Assembly (NCBI GenBank): GCA_964016885.1
Contig: OZ024746.1
Span: 21,700,001 to 21,764,000 of the forward strand
Origin: Eledone cirrhosa
Taxonomy: Eukaryota
Length of the DNA: 64,000 nucleotides
Direction of reading: 5' to 3'
Made by a program: the position numbers and the translations under genes. Positions within the stretch are counted from its first letter, which is position 1. Each line of letters starts with the position of its first letter. The notes below the pieces were generated by a model. The model was given only the letters and a program-made list of their open reading frames with translations. It did not search any database and was not told the DNA's origin. Below are positions 13,587 to 26,539 of the stretch, piece after piece.

Positions 13587-15400
13587 ACTATTTTATGGCT
13601 AATCCAAAGAGAACATACTATACTTAATAATAGACATCTATGTCAAATTGTTCGGAATATGTGATGGAAATTAAGTAATACAATTCCAGATACACACTGC
13701 CAGCAGTGTGTATCATATTTACATTTGATTGCGTGTCATGGTTCCACAAGGTTACTCATTCAATAGGAACATATTACCGAAAGCCCTTATGCATAACGAT
13801 ACAACATCATAAATTGTCTTAAAATGGTTTGTATAGATATGGTTTTAACCTTGTACACAGAGCGCATATATTTCTCCAGATCCAGTGACACAATCAAATC
13901 AAGCTCAATCGCCCAATACAGCTGGAAACTAAAATGTAGAAAAATCAAGAATGTTCGAATGATGTGAGGTTTTTTCAGAAAAGCTATACCACCCACACAT
14001 AGCAGACTTCATAAATACAAATCGTGTATTTCAGAAAAATATCATATTTAAAAAAGAACTTAATTTGTAAGAGACAAGACATTCTCTACATAGTCACACA
14101 AAAAATAATTTCTCCTTGCGACATTTAGAATACAACCAATATAATAACAGGTAATTTTACTTCTAAGATATTTACAGTTTTAAAATCAAGAAAATCGTAA
14201 ATAAATCTATTTCAATTAATAACAACACTACAGATATTTTTTAAAAAAACCCGGAAAATGAAGGGAAAGGCAAGGGCCCTGTGGTAACAGAAGAATGGGA
14301 GCGGGGAAAGAGAGAGTGATGGGCTCTAGGCCTAGAGCGCGGCGGTGTTAGGGCTGCACCACATGGACAAGATCGCAAAAGCATTTCCTAATCCATCTAG
14401 AGTAATCTCGACTTAAATCTAAAAATATATAGGTAGGCGGAAACTCGTGACGGGGCGACAGCAGGAGGATCTTCAGAGGAAGAACTCCCATCCTGCAAGT
14501 AATTCAGCCCTTCATTTATCCTAAAACTCACGTGTGTTGTTATCGCGGTTATACAATAACTGTAACATTCGTGGACTGCGGTAGGCAAGGAGAAATGCTA
14601 AAACTACCTCTCTCGTGAGCTGTGTAGCAACTCGACCGATATATTGAAAATCGTTTCGGTTTATACGAATGGCTATATGTCTTCGTAAAGTTTTCAAAAT
14701 GTAATATATTCGTCAACGTATGTGATGTGTTGAGTACATATTTCTGTATACAAATGTCAAAATATGTTATTTATGTATGAGCATTCACTTCCAGAATGAT
14801 TTTGACCACTGAAAAAATGATGAATCTGATATAATCTGAAGAAAAAATATGATTACAGAGTAGCTAGTTGAGTCTAGTAAGTAATATTATTGAATCATGT
14901 ACAACCAGTAAATCACATTAGAAATATTTTAAACATTATCAAGCTTTGCAATCTGTCTATACTTAAGCCAAATATATTATAAGTGTTTTTAAATGTTCTC
15001 TTAATGTTAAATATTAAAAAAAAAAAGAGAAAACGATGAAAAGAAGATAGAATGTAACATACATATAGACTAACTAGTACAAAAGAAAAAAAAAGGAATA
15101 GACAAAAAGAAAGAGAGCAGAAGAGGGGGAGAGGAAGAATGAGATATAGAAAACATGTAAAAAGAAAATTTAATGTATTTTATATCTTGTAACTGTAAAA
15201 AGATGAAAAACGTGGAAATTTGAAAAGATATAAATACACAAAGATAGAGACATAAAAAATAAAGATGCTGTTATTTGAGTTGACAGTGTATCCGTTGATT
15301 GACTGATAGTTCTGATTTCAAAACTAGGTTGCACTGAATTACTTATAAAGCGACTAAACTTGCAATGACCAAATTGTAGATATGCACAAACTGGGAAAGT

Positions 15401-15688
15401 GGAGGCGTAGCCTAGTGGTGATTTGGGGTTATGATCATAATATCGTGGGTTCGATTCCTGGAGTGGGGTGTGTGTTGTGTTCTTCAGCAAAACACTTCAT
15501 TTTACCTTACTCCAGTATACTCAGCTTAAAATGAGTACCAGCAATAGCTGAAGGTTTAATAACCCTTGATGGACTGATGTCCTGTCCAGGAGAGAGTATT
15601 GTACTCTCAGTCGTTTCACGCCACAGAAACCGGGATAAACACTGACCCGGTGAGCTTCTAGGCTCAAGACAGACTTTAGACTTTTAGA
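15401..15688 (+). mobile_element. full-length tRNA-derived CORE-type SINE
   Basis: A-box tagcctagtgg, B-box ggttcgattcc, CORE-like gtgttcttcagcaaaacacttcatttt, tail agactttagacttt. Copies at 27341-27590 and 34778-34965. Confidence 0.8.
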
Positions 15689-17396
15689 CCATGGGAAAGA
15701 GTTCATCTACAATATATGTAGCAGGTGAAACTACTCTAATAACAAATGTTTCAATTGTCTTCAGGTATAACTAGAAGCCATCAGCTTCACTGTTAAAACG
15801 CAAACAAGAGAATAAAATATTTTTCTCTTCAGGCATAGTAAAAATCATAAGCAATTGTCTTTACATGTTTCGCGGCTAGCTGAATTTACATCAGAAAACA
15901 TGTACGCTTCCTTTCCATCTACGAAAAGAGTTATTTATCAAATACTATTTATATCGAACCGAAGTCAGAGCTTAGTTTTCTTAGGAAGACGGTGATATGA
16001 ATCTAGGATATCGAGACTAGAAATAGGTGGTGACAACCACTAGTCAATATATCGATTTACCATGATCAATCAACCTTCTGAAACGATCGTAAGACAATGA
16101 ACTAATTAAGAACCTATTTTCAACTTTTGTTTTATTTTCAGAAGTCAATACACTGTGTGTGTGTGTGAGAGAGAGAGAGAGGGGGGTAGAGAGAGAGAGG
16201 GGGGATATCCGTAGATAAAAGGCCAAGGAAAACAATACTCAATCTACTATAAGAGAGTTTGAAAATTTGACTTTCGTCTGACGAGAGGCCAGTTTTAGAA
16301 CGGCTCTTACACTTAACAGTGGGGTCATAACTGTGTGTGTGTGAAATAGAAAGGGATATAATTGATAAAATTATCGACTATTGTTCTATTTTGGTTCGAC
16401 ACAAAGCCAAGTTTTCGTAGTTATCCTTGTCTGCAAATGTTGAAGTGGATTCAATTGAGACGAGTAATTTACGGAGGAAAGTTCAAATACGATAATAGTG
16501 AAATTTGAACTCAGAATGAGGAAATAAAATTGAATGTCTTAAGGCATTTCGCGAAAATTTAGTGCCCTAAAATATCAGCAAATATTGTTTCCTTTTCTTT
16601 AATACGAAGACATGGTAACATGTGATGTTCAGCTCGTTACTTAAGTGATACGAAGAGTAAACTAAACAGCTTTAACTGAGAATCAAATCTAGGTTTTGGC
16701 CTCTCATTATTACATATTTGCTCCCTAATCAACGATGTCGCCAATACATAATGGTAAGTTAGATCGTTATATTAAGTCAAGTTCGAACACGTTTATCTAT
16801 GAACAAAACACATTACAATGAGAGAGTGAAACGGAGAAGGGAAGTGTGGGGAAGGAGAGGGGACATTGTGATAGAAAAACAGTAGGAGAGATATTCGCAA
16901 ATACTTAGCTATTGTTATTGTTTAGCGCCACGTCCAATCAGTTCTGACTGAGCAAACGTATCAAGGCGTTCCATCCATGACTTTTCAACTTTTTGTTGTG
17001 CCGTTTTTTTTTTTGTGTTTTTTTTTTTTCATAGTAGCAGGTTGTGATTTAACTTATATTTGGTCACTATATCTAGCAAATCAAACCACTAGGTATTCGT
17101 TCCTATTATACTGTCAGTATCTACTTTCTGTGATGTCAATTAATTCAGGTCCATGCTGGGCTGGAAATAGGCCCAGGTCAGTGTAAAATGTAGGCCGCTT
17201 TTCAACTGGTCAGATGTAAAATACACACCCAATTTTAAACTGCTCATGAAGTATTTTAACAAACAGGGCTATAAACATATAATTTATATATGATTTACGA
17301 ATATATAGATGTACATAAGCTAAATAAGCTTTAGCTTAGGGACGTCATTTAAAAAAATATTATCATTAGTTTTTATTCTTTAACACTAAATCATCA

Positions 17397-17450
<54 letters not shown>

Positions 17451-17456
<6 letters not shown>

Positions 17457-18090
17457 GGAAAAAAATGAAACGAAATTTCATTTCTCACTCTTAGTACTTA
17501 AATATAAGTATGTATACGTACATACATATATGTATACAGACGTACAGTAGTATATATATATACATACATGCACACATATATATATATGTACGTATGGATT
17601 CACCGAACATTTATTATAATGCTCGGTGTGTTTGTAAACAAACATCCCGTATTAAGCCGTACAGTGTTTAGCAACCATCGTTGCTCATTTGTTCAACCCT
17701 GACAAAGGAACGCTGTATAGTTTCACGCTTATTAGCTATCGTCAGCAACGTATACCTTCCTGCCAGATGATTGAACGTCTGAAAGTATATACTTTCCTTA
17801 TACATATTAACGGCTGAGCAGCCTAATTTGCATATCGAGTGAGTTAATCGGCCGGGGTACCGAAAACGATAAACGGAAAAAATGAAACGAAATTTCATTT
17901 CTCACTCTTAGTACGGCTGTTATTTAAATATAAGTATGTATATGTACATACATATATGTATACAGATGTACAGTAATATGTATATGTATACAGACGTACA
18001 GTAGTATGTATATATATACATACATGCACACATATATATATATATGTACGTATGGATTCACCGAACATTTATGATAATGCTCGGTGTGTA
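17451..18090 (-). mobile_element. hammerhead-bearing non-coding element, about 1.5 tandem units of about 418 bp
   Basis: ataaacggaaaa..tgaaacgaaatttcatttctc recurs at 17451 and 17869. Reverse-complement homolog of 12545-13147, flanked by (TA)n. Confidence 0.75.
17710..17751 (-). ncRNA. type I hammerhead ribozyme motif (stem III 1 nt shorter)
   Basis: acgttg-CTGACGA-tagct(aata)agcgt-GAAA-cta-TA-cagcgt. Stem I differs from the 12901 copy but still pairs. Confidence 0.7.
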
Positions 18091-18100
18091 CGTATACATA

Positions 18101-18152
<52 letters not shown>

Positions 18153-18369
18153 AATGGAAGTACAGCATATTCGAAGCCATAGCCTTAGCCAAGCCGACAA
18201 ATGCTTTCAGCAGTGCAGCCAAGCACTCGACAAGGTATTGGACCTCAGAGTAATAACATACAGTTTAAAGGACTGTGCAAAAATGAAGACAGCGACCGGT
18301 AATCTGGCCGGGGTCCGTAGCTACGAAAGAACGGACTCGTGAGAAAAAAATTCATACACATATACATAT

Positions 18370-18427
<58 letters not shown>

Positions 18428-18686
18428 AAATGAGATCGTGTAGGTGTCACGACAAAAAAACACACAGTCCACGCTGTAATGTGGCCGTGTAGGCAACACG
18501 GTAAAAACCTCCCAGCCCCACACTGTAAATGTGGTTGGTGTTAGGAAGGGCATCCAGCCGTAGAAAACCCGCCAGACAGTCCTATGCGAGCAAGACAATC
18601 ACTCTTGCCTCAAGTGGGAAAACTCCCGTCCAAACCCATGCAAATGTGGAACGTTAAACGTTAAACGATGATGATGGTGATGATGA

Positions 18687-18780
<94 letters not shown>

Positions 18781-19085
18781 TATTCTTTATCATTAACATT
18801 AATATAAAAAATAATTATATTTTTTAGAGAATAGTCTCAAATTTCATATAGCTTAGGGCCTCAAGAAGTGGAGATCTGTTTCTGAACACGATATACTTAC
18901 AAACAAAACAATAAATGTAGAACAATTTATAGAACAAGGTTAATTCTTTACCACCACCAAACCACCCCTTTTACTTCTAACAAGGTGAGTGGGTTCTTTC
19001 AAAATCTTAGTCCAATGTCAAAAGTCTTCTCTCTGTTCTGGCCTGAGACAGTAGATTTTTAGAGAGAGAGAGAGAGAGAGAGAGC

Positions 19086-19132
<47 letters not shown>

Positions 19133-19664
19133 CAACAGCGTTTGAACTTTGATAAGGTTGAACAACGTATTTGGTTTTGTCTCTCTAGGTTCACATTTCA
19201 GCAACTCTGCCTTTCTTTTCATTCAAGTGGTGGTACTTTACTACATTACACTCCAATGACACACTAGTTCGAGTCAATCGACTACAACCTTAATCCGGCA
19301 ACAATTGGTCTTGTACTTCCTCAAAACAAGTTGAAACAAAACATATTTCGTGTTTATGTTTCGATGGCGATTCTTTACATTTGCAATACTACAAACAATT
19401 TAGGTACGCGTATCAGATAAGTAGTTCAGAAAACACGAATGAAAGACAATAAAATAGACACATACTTCTAATTAGAATTTAGTTAGAAGTTATCTGTAAT
19501 TATGTCCGAAACATAGAAGAGGAAAACAGGGAACAAATTAGTATCAGGGATCAATTGAACGCGACCAAAGCTTCTTCAATAACAAATATTGGTTTTCTCT
19601 CACTAAACGTTGATCTGGGTGGAATTCTAACATAGAATGCGTTCAATTAAATCTGTACATATAT

Positions 19665-20158
19665 TGAAAAATACTTATAACTTTTGGCCTTCTGTGACCA
19701 CTTGGGGCGACATCAATGACATCATATTCATGCAAGATGGGGCTCCTCCTCATTTTGACGCATTGTCCATGAGTGGCTTGATGTTCAATTTCCAGGATGT
19801 CGGGTGGGTCATCAAGGTCCCCATGAATGGCCAGCAAAAAGCTCTGACGTAATGCCATGCGATATTTTATCTGTGGGAGTGGGCGAAGTAAGAAGTTTAT
19901 AGCTCAAAACCCAAAACTCTGACTCAATTGAAGGAACGCAGTCGTCAGGTACCTGAGTTCCTAATGAAGTCAGTCGGAGATATACTCAGATGATTACAAA
20001 CACTGGTGGACAATGCTGGTACCTATGTAGAATGTTAACATTGTACTGTACCCCTGCCATTATACTGATCATAATAAAAGACGTTTTATGAAAATCGATC
20101 TATAATTAATAAAGTTAACACAATTTTAAAATAGGGAGTTGCTTTCAACCTACCCTGT
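19665..20158 (+). mobile_element. Tc1/mariner DD41D-type transposase 3' relic with right end
   Basis: MQDGAPPHF, frameshift, then EWLDVQFPG...EWPAKSSDVMPCD (about 41 residues D to D). Ends ...ctaccctg-TA. Confidence 0.75.
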
Positions 20159-20719
20159 ATACGTAATACGATGAACGTATCTACTCTTACACCCACCCCT
20201 CCTATATGTAAAGGAATCATCATCTTACCTTGAGAGCAGTCATGATTTCGATTTGTTAAAGTACTGACTGATACTGAAAGAAAAGTTGAACGACGAATTG
20301 GAAGCTTGAAGTTGCAATTATACAGGATATGTTGTATACACTGATCTCAGCCTCATTGATACCGTGTTTCTTTTTTATTTATTGATAGTATAACTTCTTT
20401 CTCCCCTTTTTGTTTTTTGTTTTTTTTTCTTTTTGGCGTTATCTTGTGGTGTGTTTCATCTCCCTAAGCCAACATTGTTTACAATCGCTGCGAGGCGACT
20501 CAAGCAGCTGTCCGTTGGGCATGCGCACACGAATAAATAACATAGCAACAGTGTCAGATAAGAATGCAGACGATTTTTGCTGTGTCCGTGATTTCAAACA
20601 CGCGGATTAATTGGACTGTGTTAACACTGATTTATTTAACTCCCAACTCACTCTCTATCTAGCTATATACTCGTTCTATCTCACTCTTTCTCTCTCACAC
20701 ACACACACATACACACACA

Positions 20720-20756
<37 letters not shown>

Positions 20757-20820
20757 AATACTTCAAGTTATACAATCAGTGGACGACAAAAATTTAAGTT
20801 GTATATATACACAAACAAGT

Positions 20821-20883
<63 letters not shown>

Positions 20884-21156
20884 CATACATATATATAACA
20901 CACATATTCACACCTATCATATATGAATTAATTATGTGTTTACCTTAAGCACAGCTACTTTTCATTCTTGTCATGATATACAAAACTACCTAACACACTT
21001 ACATACCTGAAGCCCAATGATTATTTATTAATCGGTCAGTACTGAATATACACACCCTCCATTCCCACCCCACACACATATCTATATGTATGTGTATATA
21101 TATATATGTGTATGAATATATGTATATATATATATATATATATATGTATGAATATA

Positions 21157-21223
<67 letters not shown>

Positions 21224-21267
21224 GAATATATGTATATATATATATGTATGTTAAACGATGATGATGA

Positions 21268-21322
<55 letters not shown>

Positions 21323-21382
21323 GAGAGTGAGAGAGAGATTAAGTAGAATCGAAGTGTTGCAGCATATGTACAAACTTTATTG

Positions 21383-21471
21383 GCATATTACAATTGTTTC
21401 GATATCGATCAGCTTAGGGTACAATCAAAGTGACGGGGCTCGACTCTTCTTCGACATCTCGTCTGATATGC
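21383..21471 (-). ncRNA. type I hammerhead-like motif with variant core CAGACGA
   Basis: gcatat-CAGACGA-gatgtcga...tcgatatc-GAAA-CAATTG-TA-atatgc. 6-bp stem I, 8-bp stem II, palindromic stem III. Confidence 0.75.
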
Positions 21472-22174
21472 GAATTTATATTTGCAAAGGTGCAAAGTCA
21501 TGTCTTTGCAAATATAAAATCGCATATCAGACGAGATGTCAAAGCAGAGTCGAGCCATGTCATCTTGATTGTACCCTAAGCTGTTCGATATCGAAACAAT
21601 TGACTATTGCACACTACAGCCATCTTAACTTTGGAATACAACCCACACGAGACGGACCTCGTAGCATATTGAATGCTTCGAACGAGGCGCTACCTGTAAC
21701 TGTAGTTACACATCTAAATAACATATATACTACATAACACACACACATATGTGGCGTGTATATATATATATTTATATACACCAGAGGCGTGTATATATAT
21801 ATACATTAGAGGCGTGTATACGGAAGCATATATGATGTGTTTATGTATGATAAACATACGAAAGTCTCTCTCACTATGAATATTTTTTAAAGTTGTGAAT
21901 ATGTCACTTGTATTTCAGTAGCGGTAAGAATACCAGGTAGCTATTTCTAGATGTTTACCCGTCTGGCGGACTGGGTCTAAAAATATTGGTTGCCAGGAGA
22001 TGAAAGGGTCCCACCTACATATAGAATGCTATCTTTTAATTTTTATAATGAATAAATAATATTTTCGAAAAATACATAAGTGGAAACAAAACAGTGCAAT
22101 CAAATTTTTGCGGAAAAATATCTTACCTTCTCCAATAAAAAATATGTATTTTGCGAAATCCAGAGATTTTCAAC

Positions 22175-22638
22175 AATGACCAGAAGTCGACGCTAAATAT
22201 TACTAATACCCCTAGGAAAGCCATGAACGACACCACATCTTTTTAACCTTGATTTTGAAAATAGGTTTATAATTATCAATTTTCATTATACTTTTGTAGC
22301 TGTCTCGGTGGCCTAGTTGGTGGAATCATAGACGGTGGTGATCCTGGTCTGAAGTTCGATCCTGGTCGAGAGTAGGGTTCCCGATAAACATTATAGTTTT
22401 TTTCTATGGGTTGTAAAATAAAAACTGAAAAAAGTTGACCCGGATTGAACCCAAGACCAGTATCCCCACCGTCTCTAGTATCTACCGCTAGGCCACAGAG
22501 ACAACTTAGAAAGTCTTATGAAAATTCTTACTTATAAACCTACTTTCAAAATTTTCAAAACAAAATCTTGTGGTGTCGTTCATGTCTTTCTTAATATTAT
22601 TGATCCTACTTAAGGTTAAGGTCGACTTCTAAATCATT
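22175..22638. mobile_element. foldback/MITE-like element with a tRNA-like sequence in each arm
   Basis: Imperfect inverted arms 22175-22370 and 22435-22638. Each arm has A-box tggcctag and B-box gttc(g/a)atcc. Confidence 0.65.
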
Positions 22639-22896
22639 TGGGTGTTCCATAAACTACATCCTAGTTTTGTTTCTCATCTTTCTAGACTATATTTTAAGCT
22701 GCAATCCATGTTTCATTTCTGTTCCACCTCATTTCTCCCCCTCCCCCTCTCTCTCTCTCTATCTATCTATCTATATATATCTCTCTCTGTAATATTTGAA
22801 TCTACTGTGATTTGGGCTTGCCTTATTCCTATATATATGTTTTTGCATGTCAGATTCAATCTTACAATGATTGGCATTATATATATATATATATAT

Positions 22897-23712
22897 CAGT
22901 TTAGGTATGATACATTTTATTACTAATTATATCTAAATGTTTCTTCTCTCTTCATAATGTATTTTTAACTCTGATACTGGTTCAGTCTGGTTCAAACTGA
23001 ATTGGTCTGTCCCAGTCATTCATTGAGCAACATCGGTGAAGTTGGCACCCTTAACTCACAGTTGGGTGCGGATGCATTCATGTATATATGTGTGTGTCCG
23101 CATGTATATGTGTGTTTCTAAATGTATTAATAACTCCCTCTGGTCGAGCAATCTTTGAAGTGTGGGGACAACTGGAAAGCTTCCATTACTCATACTTCTC
23201 GCCTTCTTCACTACCTCTTCTACGGCCTCGATATGAATACCCCCTCCGCCTCCGTGGTATTTTTTTCGTGGTTATAAGAGGCTTAGCTCTGTTTCTCGAC
23301 CGTTATATCGCGTGACTATCTCCCCCTCCGCCTTTTGGGATTCTTTCTCACGTCGTGTAGACGCGTTCTTGAGACTAGTAAAATGAGGTATCCTCTTGAT
23401 AAGTCGGCAGACCTCGCAGGGACTCTATATCTTTGATATATTGTTTTTGTTTATGCCACGAAACTACGTAGTCGAGGAATTTAGGAACAGTTTAGGTATG
23501 ATACATTTTATTACTAATTATATCTAAATGTTTCTTCTCTCTTCATAATGTATTTTTAACTCTGATACTGGTTCAGTCTGGTTCAAACTGAATTGGTCTG
23601 TCCCAGTCATTCATTGAGCAACATCGGTGAAGTTGGCACCCTTAACTCACAGTTGGGTGCGGATGCATTCATGTATATATGTGTGTGTCCGCATGTATAT
23701 GTGTGTTTCTAA

Positions 23713-23718
<6 letters not shown>
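22897..23718 (+). mobile_element. hammerhead-bearing element with 231-bp terminal direct repeats
   Basis: 22897-23127 equals 23488-23718 (offset 591), flanked by (TA)n on both sides. Confidence 0.8.
23391..23478 (+). ncRNA. type I hammerhead ribozyme, U3-A8 core variant
   Basis: tcctc-TTGATAA-gt(c)ggca...tgccac-GAAA-CTACGTAG-TC-gagga. Confidence 0.82.
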
Positions 23719-23750
<32 letters not shown>

Positions 23751-24012
23751 ATATATATATATATATATATACAGTGGCGGACTAGGTCTAAAATTATTGG
23801 TTGTCAGATGAAGGGGGCCCACCTACATATAGAATGTTATCATTTAATTTTTATAATGAATAAATAACATTTTCAAAAAGTACATAAGTGGAAACAAAAC
23901 AGTACAATCAAACTTTTGCGGAAAAATATCTTACCTTCTCCAATAAAATATATTATGTGTTTTGCGAAATCCAGAGACTTTCAATAATGACCTTTGGTCT
24001 TTCACACTCACT

Positions 24013-24165
<153 letters not shown>

Positions 24166-24209
24166 TCTCTCTCTCTCTCTCTCTCTTTATATATATATAC
24201 ATATATATT

Positions 24210-24250
<41 letters not shown>

Positions 24251-24328
24251 CTTACATCAAACTAAAACTATGTTAACAATCTTTTAATAATGTCTTGTGA
24301 AATTTGTGATCTTGTTTTGCTTAACTAA

Positions 24329-24359
<31 letters not shown>

Positions 24360-24419
24360 GCTTGTGTGTGTGTGTGTCTATATATGTATGTTTGCATGAA
24401 TGAATACACTAAGCTTTAG

Positions 24420-25225
24420 ATTTAGTAGCATGTACAACCACTGATTCCAGTTATTTGAAGTGTTTGTCAAACACATGTTGATCAGCAAGAATATCTCATA
24501 GATGGGTTGACTGTATTTAGAATATACTCCGAATATTGAAATGATGTTGGAACAAACACGTGAAACAAGACATGGAGCACAGACAATGGCAGACGACGTG
24601 GAATGTCTGTAAATTGCTCTGATGGCCAAGATCTGGAATTTAATTCGTGTATAATTCAATAGCACAAAGGATTTTCAATGATTTGAAGTTGACCTGAATA
24701 GATTGATCTAATTGATTCTCTAGAAAGGTTTCTAAAATCCCTCGGGATATGTATGAAGTGTTAATACCGAAAAGCAAGAACCTCTGAGCCATCACCAGCC
24801 ACAAAGCATGATAATGCAAATCCAACATCAGTCTCATTTGACCTTTCCTTAGGAGAAAAGCTCAAATGCAGGACTTTTAATGCCTTAATGTCGTTTTAGA
24901 TGAGTTGTCGGTTTCCTTACAAAAATGCAGGTTAGCCTATGAATTAATGCATAAATTCAAAGCTATTGTAAAGTGTAATTTATCTGATGCAGAGATGAGA
25001 ACTGAAGTTGAGAAACTTATTACTGCTTTCCCCTGTGAGTCTAGTTATGTGGTGATGGAATAAATTGTCCATTTTACAGCCTTTCCCAAGCTTAGATCAT
25101 ATATGATGTATGGCTTGCTGATACATTTCTAAGTGTTTATGTGGTTCTTATAATATATTTGAGCTCCATAGTTACTGTGTGTTCAGGTGAGAGATCATTC
25201 TGCAAATTAGCATTAGCAATCATTC
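24420..25225 (+). mobile_element. degenerate hAT transposase (ZMYM1-like type), C-terminal part
   Basis: 25135-25218 reads VYVVLIIYLSSIVTVCSGERSFCKL, the hAT dimerisation motif. Upstream reads IALMAKIWNLI...EVDL. hAT-like ends at 23772 (cagtggcgga) and about 26532. Confidence 0.7.
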
Positions 25226-25237
25226 TGCAAATTAGCA

Positions 25238-26003
25238 TTAGCAAATAGAGAAAAAGTTTTAAAATAAATTTAAAAAAATTCGCTGTACTTACAATATGTG
25301 CCTTTACCGCGGTTTCAAGTCCCAAAATAAACGGATAATCCAAGCGGATTTCCATTGAGAATTTATTTTAAAACGTTTTCTCTATTTGCTAGACCTGGAT
25401 TTTATATGTTCTGGCTTGTTAATTTATTAACCTGCCATAGAACCACATTGGCATACGGTTGGATAATACTTGTATCCCTATATGTATTTTTTACACGTAG
25501 GAACACATACTTTATTATTATTAATCTCCCCTAAGGTTGAGATAACACTTGGTCGTTTGAACTGCTGCTATTTCTAGTGGCAGGACATTGACCTGTCCAC
25601 CCTGCCTTCTGTCTTTGCACATGGCACTAGACAAAATTGTTTCTTTTATCATTCACTCTCATCTGGGAACAGTTTTGTATGGCGTCAGTTTGTGATTTAA
25701 ACTCGGGAATTTTATATTCTCCGAGCGAGAAGAACCTTCTGAAGAGAGTCCCCTTCTCAATGGAAATCCGCTTGGATGATCCGTTTATTTTGGGACTTGA
25801 AACCGCGGTAACGGCACATATAGTAAGTACAGCGAATTTTTAAAAATTTATTTTAAAACTTGTTCTCTATTTGCTAGACCTGGATTTTATATGTTCTGGC
25901 TAGTTAATTTATTAACCCGCCATAGAACCACTTTGGCATGCGGTTGGATAATACTTGTATCCCTATATGTATTTTTTACACGTAGGCACACATACTTTAT
26001 TAT

Positions 26004-26004
<1 letters not shown>
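25238..26004 (+). mobile_element. hammerhead-bearing element with inverted tail and about 160-bp direct repeats
   Basis: 25360-25520 matches 25845-26004 (offset 485). 25238-25361 is the reverse complement of about 25754-25877. Ends in (TA)n. Confidence 0.8.
25735..25814 (+). ncRNA. type I hammerhead ribozyme motif
   Basis: cctt-CTGAAGA-gagtccc...gggactt-GAAA-CCGCGG-TA-acgg. The inverted copy at about 25298 reads TA-aagg, restoring stem I. Confidence 0.8.
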
Positions 26005-26053
<49 letters not shown>

Positions 26054-26539
26054 TATATATAAGTTGGTATAACTTATTGTACTTAATTTAGATCAAGTTT
26101 TGCATTGACAGATGCATTTGACATTATTATGGTGGATTTGGTACGTTTTGGCCAAAGCTTTTAATGTATTTGCTAAAGTTTATGTGGCAGCCAGGACACT
26201 AACATGTCAGTACATTTATATATAACATTTAACATTTACCTATTACGTATATTTTATGTATATTTCCATTTAACATCTATGTTTGTATGTAAATTTCCAC
26301 GTTAAAATTTGCATTTATGTATTACTGGTCAGTTCTTTGTTTCGTTTTTTTTTTTTTTTTTAAATTTATTTTTGTTTTGTCTTTACATTAAATATTTTGA
26401 TGTCGATCCCAATTACATACAATAAGCAGGAGGATATGTAATTTTGTAGGTTTGCTGTGTATTTAAATGTTTGTGGTGGGGGGGTCAGGCCTGAAGTACT
26501 TCAAGCGCCTAATGTCTAAATACGCCGCCCTGATTCATA

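Noticed and set aside
15401-15470. tRNA genes at SINE heads
   Set aside because: A and B boxes are present but there is no intact cloverleaf, and they continue into SINE bodies.
16277-16310. CTGACGA followed by a short hairpin
   Set aside because: No GAAA, stem III or stem I partner follows.
17769-17800. CAGATGA...GAAA-gtatatac-TT hammerhead-like string (also about 12855-12890 on -)
   Set aside because: No stem I pairing and no convincing stem II.
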